Part shown: positions 9,186 through 18,730 of the stretch, in pieces
Position numbering within the stretch: the first letter of the stretch is position 1
How the letters are laid out: every line of letters begins with the position of its first letter
Assembly (NCBI GenBank): GCA_964616615.1
Contig: CAZTRJ010000005.1
Coordinates: forward strand, 1 to 44,536
Length of the DNA: 44,536 nt
Source of the DNA: an uncultured Dehalococcoidales bacterium
GTDB taxonomy: Bacteria > Chloroflexota > Dehalococcoidia > Dehalococcoidales > DAOVUZ01
Direction: 5' to 3'
Translations under genes and position numbers: made by a program
The notes under the pieces: model-generated
The model's database searches: none
Seen by the model: the letters and a program-made list of their open reading frames with translations, nothing else
Told to the model about the DNA's origin: nothing

Positions 9186-9512
9186 ATGTTTGATGAACCC
9201 CTAGTAACATTGGTGGGCAAATCAGGGAAAAAGTATACCTATATGGTCTTTGAAATTGGCAAAGCTTTTGGTGCAGCCCCAGCCAACTACATATTCTGCA
9301 AAAAGACTACAGAGGGCAAACTACAAGCGATTTACATAGGACAAACTGGCGATTTTAGTGAACGGTTTGATAATCATCATAGGATGCCTTGTATTAAACA
9401 AGAAGGTGCAACACATATTTGTGCTCACAAAAGCTGTGGTAGTGAGCCAACACGCAAAGCTGAGGAAGATGACTTAATTGCCAAATATAACCCTATATGC
9501 AATCGCCAGTAG
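9186..9512 (+). CDS. small stand-alone GIY-YIG nuclease family protein
   Basis: ANYIF...IYIGQT...ERF..H...EEDDLIAKYNPICN pattern; GGGAGGT SD. Confidence 0.75.
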   Translation: MFDEPLVTLVGKSGKKYTYMVFEIGKAFGAAPANYIFCKKTTEGKLQAIYIGQTGDFSERFDNHHRMPCIKQEGATHICAHKSCGSEPTRKAEEDDLIAKYNPICNRQ

Positions 9513-9674
9513 TTTCGGCAAATTCACCTATAACTTTGGCTACAAGCCAAACAGGTTATCAACCACGATTTATTGGAACCCTGTCCAATTCCTCGGTGTA
9601 TCGGAAAAAGCCAAAGCATTTCGCAACAACCTCTAATTTGTGCCCCCAGCTATGGGCATGCTATAATTTCAACC

Positions 9675-10688
9675 ATGAAGGTCTCGGAGCTCGGGGAATT
9701 TGGACTGATTGACCTCCTGGCTAAAATGGCTAATAGCTCACCGGCCAATCAAACAGCATCCCGACAACAGCTCATTATCGGTATTGGCGATGATGCCGCT
9801 GCCTGGCATGGCGATGCTTCAACTCAACTGGCTACCGTTGATTCCCTTATCCAGGATATTCACTTTTCCCTGGGTATCGCCCCCTGGAGCGAACTGGGCT
9901 GGAAAGCACTGGCCGCCAGCCTGAGCGATATTGCCGCTATGGGTGGCATCCCAAGATACGCACTGGTATCTTTAGCCTTGCCCGACAACACGGAAGTGGA
10001 CGATGTTACTGCCCTGTATAAGGGAATGATCGAACTGGCACAGCAGTGGGGAGTAGCTATAATTGGCGGAGATACCAGCAGTGCGCCGCTGGTAGCTATT
10101 ACGGTTACTATTCTGGGTAACGCCAGAGACCATAATAAACAAATACTCACCCGCTCCGCAGCCAAGCCCGGGGAGAAAGTAGCCGTTACCGGTGAACTAG
10201 GGGCAGCTGCCGCTGGTTGGGAAACACTTAATAAACAGCTTCAATTTGACCCTGAAGCCACGGCATGTTTAAAAAATGCTTATCTCCACCCCCACCCCCG
10301 AATAAGTGAAGGGCAACTACTGGCAGACAAGGGGGTAAAGACAGCTATAGATATCAGCGACGGGCTGATTTCAGACCTGAAGCATATATGTAAATCAAGC
10401 CAGGTTGGTGCCCGAATAGAAGTTGACCGGGTGCCAATTCAGCCCACAGTCAAAGCTAACTTCGGTGATAAATGCCTCGAACTGGCACTATCAGGAGGAG
10501 AGGACTACGAGCTTCTGTTTACCGGAAACGATAAGGTCATTGGTGAGGTAACAACAGCCGCCTCTTGCCCGATAACAGTAATCGGTGAAATCGTAGCTGA
10601 TAAACCGGGGGCAATAACTCTGGTTGACAGTAAGGGAAACCCATTTAATCTGGGCAAGACAGGATGGGAGCACTTTATTACGAGATGA
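9675..10688 (+). CDS. thiL: thiamine-monophosphate kinase
   Basis: LGEFGLI, GIGDDAA, SDIAAMGG, GGDT, IDISDGL, GGEDYEL, GWEHF; start at MKVSELGE. Confidence 0.95.
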   Translation: MKVSELGEFGLIDLLAKMANSSPANQTASRQQLIIGIGDDAAAWHGDASTQLATVDSLIQDIHFSLGIAPWSELGWKALAASLSDIAAMGGIPRYALVSLALPDNTEVDDVTALYKGMIELAQQWGVAIIGGDTSSAPLVAITVTILGNARDHNKQILTRSAAKPGEKVAVTGELGAAAAGWETLNKQLQFDPEATACLKNAYLHPHPRISEGQLLADKGVKTAIDISDGLISDLKHICKSSQVGARIEVDRVPIQPTVKANFGDKCLELALSGGEDYELLFTGNDKVIGEVTTAASCPITVIGEIVADKPGAITLVDSKGNPFNLGKTGWEHFITR

Positions 10689-11194
10689 AGCTAAATCAGT
10701 TCATGAGCCAACTTGAGTTAATCAGCCATAGCCCGGAACAGACCCAGAGGCTCGGTATCCATATCGGTGAGCTAGCTCTGCCTGGCGACATTCTGCTCCT
10801 CGTCGGTGCCCTGGGAACAGGAAAGACCTGCCTCACGCAGGGGATTGCCTGGGGACTGGGCATTGAAGAATATGCGTTCAGCCCCTCCTTTGTCATAGTC
10901 AGAGAACACTATGGCAGGCTGCCCCTATACCACGTAGACCTGTATCGGCTTGACCACATAGAAGAAATTGCCGACTTAGGCCTGGACGACTACCTGTATG
11001 GCAATGGTGTCTGTGTCGTAGAATGGGCGGAAAAGGGGTTAAGCGTATTGCCCGTAGAGCACCTGCTAATTCAAATAAGCTATCTTTCCGATACCGAGCG
11101 TAGCTTTCAACTCCAAGCTAATGGCAAACGCTACCGGGAAATACTGGGGCAAGTTAGCGACCTCTCCCTTGATTCACAGAAAGGGCTAAAATAG
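10685..11194 (+). CDS. tsaE: t6A biosynthesis ATPase
   Basis: GALGTGKT, SPSF, HVDLYRL, VVEWAE; ATGA coupling to thiL. Confidence 0.93.
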   Translation: MKLNQFMSQLELISHSPEQTQRLGIHIGELALPGDILLLVGALGTGKTCLTQGIAWGLGIEEYAFSPSFVIVREHYGRLPLYHVDLYRLDHIEEIADLGLDDYLYGNGVCVVEWAEKGLSVLPVEHLLIQISYLSDTERSFQLQANGKRYREILGQVSDLSLDSQKGLK

Positions 11195-11197
11195 CTA

Positions 11198-11899
11198 ATG
11201 CAACTGGCAATAGATACCTCAACCAATACGGCGGGCATGGCTCTGGTTCAAGATAGTGAAGTGCTGGCTGAATTAACCTGGCGCTGTGGGCAAAACCACA
11301 CCACCCAGCTACTACCCCAACTGGCTCACTTGCTAAAGCAAACGGGGACGAATCTTCAATCTATTAATGGTATTATAGTAGCCAGGGGACCGGGAAGTTA
11401 CAATGGATTGCGGGTAGGAATGAGCACCGCCAAAGGATTAGCCTTCAGCCTGGGAATCCCAATAGTTGGTATCAACACCCTGGAAGCAGAAGCCTACCAG
11501 CATGCCGAAACCGGTTTGCCCATCTGCCCGATACTGAATGCCGGTAGAGGAGAGGTTGCCACTGCTATGTATCACAGGAAACACGATGTCTGGTGTCAGC
11601 TTACTACCGAGCACATAACCACCATTGAAGCTCTATGCTCACAGATAACTACAGCAACAATATTTTGTGGTGAATTGACACCACTCATTACTACACAGCT
11701 AACAGAACAGCTCAAGCAAAGAGCAATAATACCACCCCCAGCCACCCTGCTCAGGCGAGCCAGTTTTCTCGCTGAGCTGGGACTCAAGCGGCTGAAAGAC
11801 GGTGATTATGACAACCCGGCTAGCCTGCAGCCAATATACCTTAGGCGACCACCAATTACTAAACCCAAACCCGGCAAAGAATGGAGACCAAAGTGGTAA
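11198..11899 (+). CDS. tsaB: t6A biosynthesis protein
   Basis: LAIDTST, GPGSYNGLRVG, PIYLR. Confidence 0.93.
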   Translation: MQLAIDTSTNTAGMALVQDSEVLAELTWRCGQNHTTQLLPQLAHLLKQTGTNLQSINGIIVARGPGSYNGLRVGMSTAKGLAFSLGIPIVGINTLEAEAYQHAETGLPICPILNAGRGEVATAMYHRKHDVWCQLTTEHITTIEALCSQITTATIFCGELTPLITTQLTEQLKQRAIIPPPATLLRRASFLAELGLKRLKDGDYDNPASLQPIYLRRPPITKPKPGKEWRPKW

Positions 11900-12999
11900 C
11901 CTGGCCCAAAATATCAATTGATACTGAAAAAGACCTTGCTACGTGTTTCGGCTGCGGGCAGGATAACCCCATTGGCTTGAAATTAAATTTTAAGTGGGAC
12001 GGTAAAGTAGCCAGTGCCCGGTTTACCCCTAATAAGCTTTACCAGGGCTGGTCAGGGCTCGTTCACGGCGGCATTATAACTGCTCTCCTGGATGAAGCTA
12101 TGGCTTACGCCGCCCTATTCGACGGGGCTAACACCATAACCGCCACCATGCAGGCTAAGTTCAGACGCCCGGCTCCCCTAGATAAGCCCCTGATTATCAA
12201 TGGGTCGGTAATCAAAAAGACCAGAAGGCTGGTGGAAACCAAAGCCACCATATCGCTGACCAACGGCACCCTGATCGCCGAAGGCACGGCTACCCAGTTT
12301 ATCGTTAACACCAGACTGAGCGAGGCAAGCAAAGCTAAGGCAGTTATTTGGGATATGGATGGGGTAATTGCTGACACCGCTCCCTATCACCTAAGGGCGT
12401 GGCAAGAGGTCTTCCAAAAAAGGGGCGTTGCCTTCACCGAAGAGGATTTCAGGCGTAACTTTGGTCAAAGGAACGATACTATAATCCGCAATACCCTAGG
12501 TGAACTCACATCACCAAGCGAAATAGATGCCATTGGCAAGGAGAAAGAGAGGAAGTTCCGTAATGCGGTAAGGCAGAACATAAAACCATTACCCGGGGCG
12601 ATAGAACTGATAAAATCGCTTGCCCCACACGGATTTAAACAAGCACTGGCTTCGTCAGCCCCCGTAGAGAATATCAAGTTGCTCACCAAAGGTCTAGACA
12701 TAGATAAGTGTTTTCATGCTATCATCTCAGGTAGCGATGTAACCGAGGGTAAACCTAGCCCGCAGGGTTTCTTGCTGGCGGCCCAAAGATTAGGGGTCGA
12801 GCCAAAGAACTGTATTGTAATTGAGGACGCTATTGCCGGAATTACCGCAGCTAAGAGAGCCGGAATGCACTGTCTGGCGGTCACAAATACCCACCCCAAG
12901 CCGAGCCTGACCGAAGCTGACCTTGTGGTTGACACACTGGAAAAAGTAAGCGTGAATGACTTGGAGAAGCTTCTTCGCCCTCAAAAGGAGGTCGTTTAG
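11881..12999 (+). CDS. PaaI-type hotdog thioesterase fused to a HAD (beta-PGM-like) phosphatase
   Basis: CFGCG.DNP.GL and HGG...LLDE in the N-terminal part; WDMDGV, ASS, GKPSP, IEDA in the C-terminal part. Confidence 0.85.
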   Translation: METKVVTWPKISIDTEKDLATCFGCGQDNPIGLKLNFKWDGKVASARFTPNKLYQGWSGLVHGGIITALLDEAMAYAALFDGANTITATMQAKFRRPAPLDKPLIINGSVIKKTRRLVETKATISLTNGTLIAEGTATQFIVNTRLSEASKAKAVIWDMDGVIADTAPYHLRAWQEVFQKRGVAFTEEDFRRNFGQRNDTIIRNTLGELTSPSEIDAIGKEKERKFRNAVRQNIKPLPGAIELIKSLAPHGFKQALASSAPVENIKLLTKGLDIDKCFHAIISGSDVTEGKPSPQGFLLAAQRLGVEPKNCIVIEDAIAGITAAKRAGMHCLAVTNTHPKPSLTEADLVVDTLEKVSVNDLEKLLRPQKEVV

Positions 13000-13360
13000 T
13001 AACCTATCCCCCTGACCCCCTTCCCTTAAAAGGGAAGGGGAAAATAGAAAAGAGGGACTGTCGTCCCTCTAAAACTCCCTAATTACTGCTTCGGGGTAGG
13101 GAGAGTCAAAGAGAGGCGAAACCCCTCTTCAGAAAAAACATTAAGGAGAGGCAAAGGGAGGCAAAGCCCCTCTCTAAAATCTCTTCCCACTGCTTGTAGA
13201 AGTGCGGAATTGGCAATAAGTTCGGTGATACAGTAGGCAAAATAGGGGTTTAAGGGGCGAAGCCCCTTTTAAAAATAGTTTCCCCCTTCCCCTTGATAAG
13301 GGGAAGGGGGATAAAGGGGGATGGGGTTGCTATAAAATTTAAAGGGGGTGAGGTTGATAA
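12997..13360. repeat. G/C-run palindromic repeat, composite copy 3 with inward-facing units at both ends (MITE-like)
   Basis: TAGTAACCTATCCCC..CCCTTCCCTT/AAGGGAAGGGG at the left; CCCCCTTCCCCTTGATAAGGGGAAGGGGGATAAAGGGGG at the right; AGGGGCGAAGCCCCT at 13253-13267 and degenerate hairpins inside. Confidence 0.85.
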
Positions 13361-13391
13361 TCAATCTTTTAATAAATAACAGGAGTTTAGA

Positions 13392-13811
13392 ATGGAAAGG
13401 TCTCTAGTTCTTATCAAACCTGACGCTATACAGAGGAGGTTAGCCGGCACTATCATCAGCCGCCTGGAGAATCAAGGACTCAGGCTGATAGCGCTCAAGA
13501 TGCTCCACCTGGATAGAGCTTTAGCCCAACGGCACTACGCTATTCACAAGGACAAACCTTTCTTTGATGATCTAGTAAACTATATCAGCTCTGCCCCGAT
13601 AATTGCCCTTGTCTTTGAGGGTAACAAAACAGTGGAAATAATCAGAAAAACAATGGGGGCAACCGACCCCGCCCAGGCTGAGGCAGGAACCATTAGAGGT
13701 GATTTTGGCTTGGATATCGGACGCAACACAGTCCACGGCTCCGATTCGGTAGAGACTGCCGAACAGGAAATCAGGCTGTTCTTTACCCAAGATGAAATGT
13801 TCAGTTACTGA
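13392..13811 (+). CDS. ndk: nucleoside-diphosphate kinase
   Basis: LIKPD, GTIRGDF, NTVHGSDS. Confidence 0.96.
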   Translation: MERSLVLIKPDAIQRRLAGTIISRLENQGLRLIALKMLHLDRALAQRHYAIHKDKPFFDDLVNYISSAPIIALVFEGNKTVEIIRKTMGATDPAQAEAGTIRGDFGLDIGRNTVHGSDSVETAEQEIRLFFTQDEMFSY

Positions 13812-14149
13812 ATCCTGACCACAGGGCTCGCCTGGCTCCACAGCTCATCCAGCTGGTAGTATTCCCGCTCAAAGGGAGCAAAAATATGCACGATAACATC
13901 ACCAAAATCAAGCAAGAGCCACCCCGAATCTACAGTGCCCTCACAATGGCGAGGTAAAATACCCTCCCTTTTCAGTATATGCCCAACTTCATCGCGAATA
14001 GCCTCAATCTGCCTATTAGAATCACCACTGCATATCACAAAATAATCGGCAAAACTACATACCCCTCGGGCATCCAGCAACAGAATATCACTAGCCTGCT
14101 TATCACTGGCAGCTTCAACTACTTTGCGGGCTACTTCTATCGCTTCCAG
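13805..14149 (-). CDS. rsfS: ribosome silencing factor
   Basis: DKQASDI, ADYFVICS, WLLLDFGDVIVHIF, YYQLDELW; start uncertain (CTG 14149 behind GGAGG, or TTG 14164). Confidence 0.92.
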   Translation of the reverse strand: MEAIEVARKVVEAASDKQASDILLLDARGVCSFADYFVICSGDSNRQIEAIRDEVGHILKREGILPRHCEGTVDSGWLLLDFGDVIVHIFAPFEREYYQLDELWSQASPVVRIQ

Positions 14150-14340
14150 AGTTGTCCTCCCCAACTCTATAATAACCCATTAGTATTAAAAAGTGTAGCT
14201 CAAGCCAATTCCTACTCAGACACCAATCAACCATCTCCTGTGAAAAACAGCCTCTTACTTTATAACAGAAAAAGTGCTATAATAGACAGCACCTATGATG
14301 CTCAAGCTGAATTAACCAGGACATATTAAGGAGACTAAAT

Positions 14341-15861
14341 TTGAAAATACTTCTGGTTTATCCCCGATACCCGGACACCTTCTGGAGTTTCAGGACTGCC
14401 TTAAAAATCGCCTCTAAGAAGGCAAACTTCCCACCGCTAGGTTTATTAACGGTAGCGGCGATGCTCCCTGAGGCATGGGAGAAAAAACTGGTAGATATGA
14501 ATGTAACCGGCCTAACTGACGAAGACCTGAAATGGGCTGATTATGTGCTTATCAGCGCGATGGTGGTACAGATCGATTCAGTAAAAGAGGTTATTGCCAG
14601 ATGTAACAAAATGGGCACCAAGATTGTTGCTGGCGGTCCCCTGTTTACTACCAGATATGAAGAATTTGATGGGGTAGACCATTTTGTGCTTGATGAGGCT
14701 GAAATTACGCTTCCTCCCTTTTTACAGGATTTAGACCGAGGGTGTGCCCAACACATTTACACCTCTACCGAACGACCAGACCTGAGAAAAACTCCTGTCC
14801 CCCTGTGGTCACTTGTCAACATGAAAAAATACTCATCTATGGATATTCAGTACTCCCGGGGCTGCCCTTTCAACTGCGAGTTCTGTGATATTATCATACT
14901 AAATGGGCATAAGCCACGAACCAAAGATAAAGACCAGTTACTTGCCGAATTTGACGCCCTATATAATCGTGGTTGGCGTAGTGGTGTGTTTATTGTTGAT
15001 GATAATTTTATCGGCAACAAGAGAAAACTAAAGAGCGAAATCCTACCGGAAATAATTAAGTGGATGGAGGAGAAGAAATACCCCTTTGTTTTATCCATGG
15101 AAGCATCTATAAATCTGGCCGATGACGAAGAGCTAATGCGATTGATGGTCAAGGCAGGGTTTAACACAGTATTTGTTGGCATTGAAACCCCTAATGAAGA
15201 AAGCCTGGCTGAGTGTAATAAGATGCAAAACCAAAATCGTGATTTAGTGGCTTCGGTGAAGAAGGTTCAAAACTATGGACTAGAGGTGCAAGGAGGATTC
15301 ATTGTAGGCTTTGATAGCGACCCTGTCTCCATCTTCAAAAGCCAAATCAACTTTATTCAAAAAAGTGGAATCGTTACTGCAATGGTCGGTTTACTACAAG
15401 CTCCCCGGGGGACAAGGCTGTTCCAGCGTTTGCAAAATGAGAACCGCCTACTCAAGGGTTGTTCTGGTGACAATACCGACTTTTCCCTCAACTTCATTCC
15501 CAAAATGGACTATGAAACACTCATCAGCGGCTATAAATATATCCTAAATACAATTTATTCCCCCAAGCAGTATTACGAACGGGTCAAAACATTTCTAAAA
15601 GAATATAAACCCCGGGGAATGGCAAGGGGTAGAATCACTCTCTTCCATGTTAAGGCATTTACCAAATCTATATGGTTCTTGGGTATCAGGGAAAAGGGGA
15701 GAAGGTATTACTGGAAGCTGCTTATTCTAACCCTATTAAGATGGCCACGGTCTTTTCCTTTATCCGTAACCTTTGCTATCTACGGATTCCATTTCCGCAA
15801 GATTGCTGAGAAATACATTAACCGACAAACTGGGCCCCTGGAGACAGTCGACATCCGATAA
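14341..15861 (+). CDS. B12-binding radical SAM protein with DUF4070-like C-terminus (HpnP-like family)
   Basis: TFWSF, PPLGLLTVAA, AGGP, RGCPFNCEFC, DDNFIGN, GFIVGFDSD; AAGGAG SD before TTG. Confidence 0.88.
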   Translation: MKILLVYPRYPDTFWSFRTALKIASKKANFPPLGLLTVAAMLPEAWEKKLVDMNVTGLTDEDLKWADYVLISAMVVQIDSVKEVIARCNKMGTKIVAGGPLFTTRYEEFDGVDHFVLDEAEITLPPFLQDLDRGCAQHIYTSTERPDLRKTPVPLWSLVNMKKYSSMDIQYSRGCPFNCEFCDIIILNGHKPRTKDKDQLLAEFDALYNRGWRSGVFIVDDNFIGNKRKLKSEILPEIIKWMEEKKYPFVLSMEASINLADDEELMRLMVKAGFNTVFVGIETPNEESLAECNKMQNQNRDLVASVKKVQNYGLEVQGGFIVGFDSDPVSIFKSQINFIQKSGIVTAMVGLLQAPRGTRLFQRLQNENRLLKGCSGDNTDFSLNFIPKMDYETLISGYKYILNTIYSPKQYYERVKTFLKEYKPRGMARGRITLFHVKAFTKSIWFLGIREKGRRYYWKLLILTLLRWPRSFPLSVTFAIYGFHFRKIAEKYINRQTGPLETVDIR

Positions 15862-15887
15862 AGAAATCAGGCAAATTGCTGGTGAAC

Positions 15888-17336
15888 TTAACCCTCTAGC
15901 CTGCTCCTGTGACTTCGCTGATACTCTGCCTTCCTGGCTTCAATTTTTTCCGGGGGATGGTCCATTACCGTCATCCATTTCTCAGCCCAGGCATACTCCT
16001 TTTCCCAGATGGGTCGACAAATCTCCTCCACCCTGGCAGCGTACTCGTCCAATCCACTGCTCAACTCAGTGAAGGTTTTCTCTGCCCCCTCATGAGTGGG
16101 GTAAGCTCCCCACTTCTTTAGCGCCATCCGCATGGCTTCAGGGTGGTCAATAACGGGACAGGGGCGAAGGGTATTATAGCTGAAGGGTTGCATCTCTCTT
16201 AGCCCCCTAAAAAACGGCGAATTCAGCGCCTCGACCAGGGGTGTTTGCTTAATATTATGGGTAGCGAAGTGGACAAAGATGCAGGGTTCAACATCTCCTT
16301 TGTGGTTGATATGGAAATATATGCGACCACCATTAATGCAGCCAGCGGTGAGGGGACCATCGCTCCAGAAATCAACGAGCAGAATCGGCTTAGTCTTTCT
16401 GAACCGAATAACAGCAAGCCTCAGCTTGTTTCTTTGCTCCGGGCTGGGCATCCTCTCCAATTGAGGATTTCGTCCTACAGGCATATAGAGAAAATACCAG
16501 CCATCAAGGGCACCCTTATCTATAATTAAATCAATGAACTCGTCACTGGTAACAACATCAATGTTGTCGGGAGTAACCATAGTGCTGAAACCGAAGATAC
16601 AACCCTTTTGCCGCAAATTGTCCATGGCTTCGATTGCCCGCTCAAAAGCACCTTCCCCCCGCCCGGCATCGGTTTGTTCCTTGAAACCATCAATGCTTAT
16701 CTGGGGCGCCACATTCCCCAGTTTCACAAGCTTGGCAGCCATACCTTCATCAATCAAAGACCCATTGGTATATACCTGGAAGCTGACATTCTTATGTGCG
16801 GCGAAGATATCGAGCAATGGACGATAGATAAAAGGCTCGCCACCCAGTATGGTAATGAATTTGATACCGATTGCCTCGGCTTCGGTAACTACCCGGTCAA
16901 AGACCTCAGGTGGCAGGTCATCATCCGCAGTATAATTACCAGCATAGCAGCCCACACAGTGGTAATTGCACCGCATAGTGGGAGAGAGCAACATTACCGA
17001 GGGGGGATTAAAACCATACTCTGCCCTGAGGCGGGCATAGACTTTCTGGTCTCGGAAGAACAGGTGCACTATTGTGTTAGCTAGAAAGTTTTTGCGCACA
17101 TTGGGATGAACTCCCTTCAAAACTCTGCTAAGGAAAAGTGCTCCAGGATTCCCCTCCGAAAGCCAGTTACTAATCCAGTCAGCAATCATCCTTTGGTGTT
17201 CAGTTTTAGCTATCCTAGCAAAGACGCTTGCGAGTCGGCGGTAATTCCTCTCCGAGGAGTGAGCCAGCAACATCAGAGCTTGGCTGAGAATATTTTTTGC
17301 CGCCTCCTGCTCCAGTTTATCTCTGATAGAGACCAT
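15888..17336 (-). CDS. radical SAM/SPASM-domain protein
   Basis: CNYHCVGC, GGEP, TNG, GCINGG..Y.HIN..GDVEPC, RPCP; AGGAGG SD before ATG 17336. Confidence 0.88.
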   Translation of the reverse strand: MVSIRDKLEQEAAKNILSQALMLLAHSSERNYRRLASVFARIAKTEHQRMIADWISNWLSEGNPGALFLSRVLKGVHPNVRKNFLANTIVHLFFRDQKVYARLRAEYGFNPPSVMLLSPTMRCNYHCVGCYAGNYTADDDLPPEVFDRVVTEAEAIGIKFITILGGEPFIYRPLLDIFAAHKNVSFQVYTNGSLIDEGMAAKLVKLGNVAPQISIDGFKEQTDAGRGEGAFERAIEAMDNLRQKGCIFGFSTMVTPDNIDVVTSDEFIDLIIDKGALDGWYFLYMPVGRNPQLERMPSPEQRNKLRLAVIRFRKTKPILLVDFWSDGPLTAGCINGGRIYFHINHKGDVEPCIFVHFATHNIKQTPLVEALNSPFFRGLREMQPFSYNTLRPCPVIDHPEAMRMALKKWGAYPTHEGAEKTFTELSSGLDEYAARVEEICRPIWEKEYAWAEKWMTVMDHPPEKIEARKAEYQRSHRSRLEG

Positions 17337-17416
17337 TTCTACCTCCTGGGCTTTCATCAAGGGTGCCAGGCTTTATCAGTCAGGGTACATGGTTTTAATT
17401 ATATTGACTTCCCTAC

Positions 17417-17677
17417 CTACTTATCCTCAACGCCGTGGTCTTTAAGATAATCAATGGCATCCTGGACAGTTATTATCTTTTCAGCATCCTCATCAGGTAT
17501 CTCAACCTTGTGGGATGGATTGCTAAACTCCTCTTCTAAAGACATTATCAGTTCTACTAAATCCAGAGAATCAGCACCTAAATCGTCAATAAAGCTAGCT
17601 GATGGTACTACCTCATCAGCCTCTACGCCCAACTGGTCGACAACTATCTTTTTTAGCCGCTCATCAATGGTTGGCAT
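17417..17677 (-). CDS. acpP: acyl carrier protein
   Basis: [28 protein letters not shown]. Confidence 0.96.
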   Translation of the reverse strand: MPTIDERLKKIVVDQLGVEADEVVPSASFIDDLGADSLDLVELIMSLEEEFSNPSHKVEIPDEDAEKIITVQDAIDYLKDHGVEDK

Positions 17678-18113
17678 TTTCTCCTTTCCTTTCCAAAAGC
17701 ATTCTATTTACGGCAAGAGCGCTCACTGAGCCCAAGACTCCATTAACAAACTTGGCTGAATTATCACCACCAAACATCTTGGCTAACTCAACTGCCTCAT
17801 TTATAGCTACCTTAACCGGCACTTTATTATCAAGTAAAATTTCGAATATTGCAAGCCTCAGAATGTTCCTATCAACTACCGGTATCTGTGCTACCGGCCA
17901 GGCAGGAGCAAAGCTTTGAATATTGCAGTCAATCTGCTCCCTATTCTGGATAACACCGCTTACCAGCTCACGGCTAAAAGCAGCATTTTCCTCCGAGAAC
18001 TCCCCCTTAGCCAGAAGACGGCTCACTACTGCTTCCATCTCATGCCCCACAGAGTCAACCTCATACAGTGCCTGCAGAGCCAGTGCCCTCGCTTTTCGCC
18101 GCTCCCCTGCCAT
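17664..18113 (-). CDS. nusB: transcription antitermination factor
   Basis: [35 protein letters not shown]. Confidence 0.96.
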   Translation of the reverse strand: MAGERRKARALALQALYEVDSVGHEMEAVVSRLLAKGEFSEENAAFSRELVSGVIQNREQIDCNIQSFAPAWPVAQIPVVDRNILRLAIFEILLDNKVPVKVAINEAVELAKMFGGDNSAKFVNGVLGSVSALAVNRMLLERKGENANH

Positions 18114-18194
18114 AGATTACCCCTAAAACTAAACCGCATTATATCACATCGGTCAACAATAGTATCACTCAGGTAATAGCCAAATAAGCAGCCG

Positions 18195-18545
18195 TCAGCA
18201 GGTAAGATGGAGAGCGGCTATTACCTGCTGAGAATGGCAAAGCTGGTTATAGGTAGAGCAAGCATTACCCGTAGCCTCCACAATAAGCTTGATACCCTGG
18301 GCGTCAACACTCTCTTTTACCTCAGGCAACACCTTCATCAAGCCTGATGCCCCGGTGCCAACTACCAGCACCTCGGGACTTTCAGTTATAACCTCAGCTA
18401 TATCACCAAGGCATAGCTGATGAGACGTCTTTCTCCACCAGTTATCCCTAACCCTATCGGGGAAAATGATTACATCCGAGGTATACCTCTTGCCGTTAAC
18501 TACAACCTGTCCAAACTGATAAGAATCAATAATATTCATATACAT
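18195..18545 (-). CDS. Mth938-like domain protein
   Basis: YQFG, WWRK.SH, VVGTG.SG, C-terminal HLTC. Confidence 0.85.
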   Translation of the reverse strand: MYMNIIDSYQFGQVVVNGKRYTSDVIIFPDRVRDNWWRKTSHQLCLGDIAEVITESPEVLVVGTGASGLMKVLPEVKESVDAQGIKLIVEATGNACSTYNQLCHSQQVIAALHLTC

Positions 18546-18548
18546 TGT

Positions 18549-18720
18549 TTATCAACCTCACCCCCTTTAATGCTTCTTCAGTAACCCTATCCTCTTTATC
18601 CCCTTCCCCTTAACAAGGGGAAGGGGAAGGGGAAGATATTTTAGAGAGGGGCTTCGCCCCTCTCTTACCTACACCCCCCCTTCCCTTAGTAAGGGAAGGG
18701 GGCAGGGGGATAGGTTGCTA
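18549..18720. repeat. G/C-run palindromic repeat, composite copy 4
   Basis: ATCAACCTCACCCCCTTT, CCCCTTCCCCTTAACAAGGGGAAGGGG, AGGGGCTTCGCCCCT (18647-18661), CCCTTCCCTTAGTAAGGGAAGGG. Confidence 0.85.
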
Positions 18721-18730
18721 AATGACCTCT

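Larger units (their letters stand above)
9111..9633. mobile_element. non-autonomous TIR-bounded cassette carrying a GIY-YIG gene
   Basis: Perfect 22-bp inverted repeats at 9115-9136 and 9608-9629; TAATTT direct repeats at 9105-9110 and 9634-9639; no transposase. Confidence 0.75.

Noticed and set aside
12997-13360. Repeated hairpins as a CRISPR array
   Set aside because: No constant-length repeat-spacer periodicity and no cas genes.
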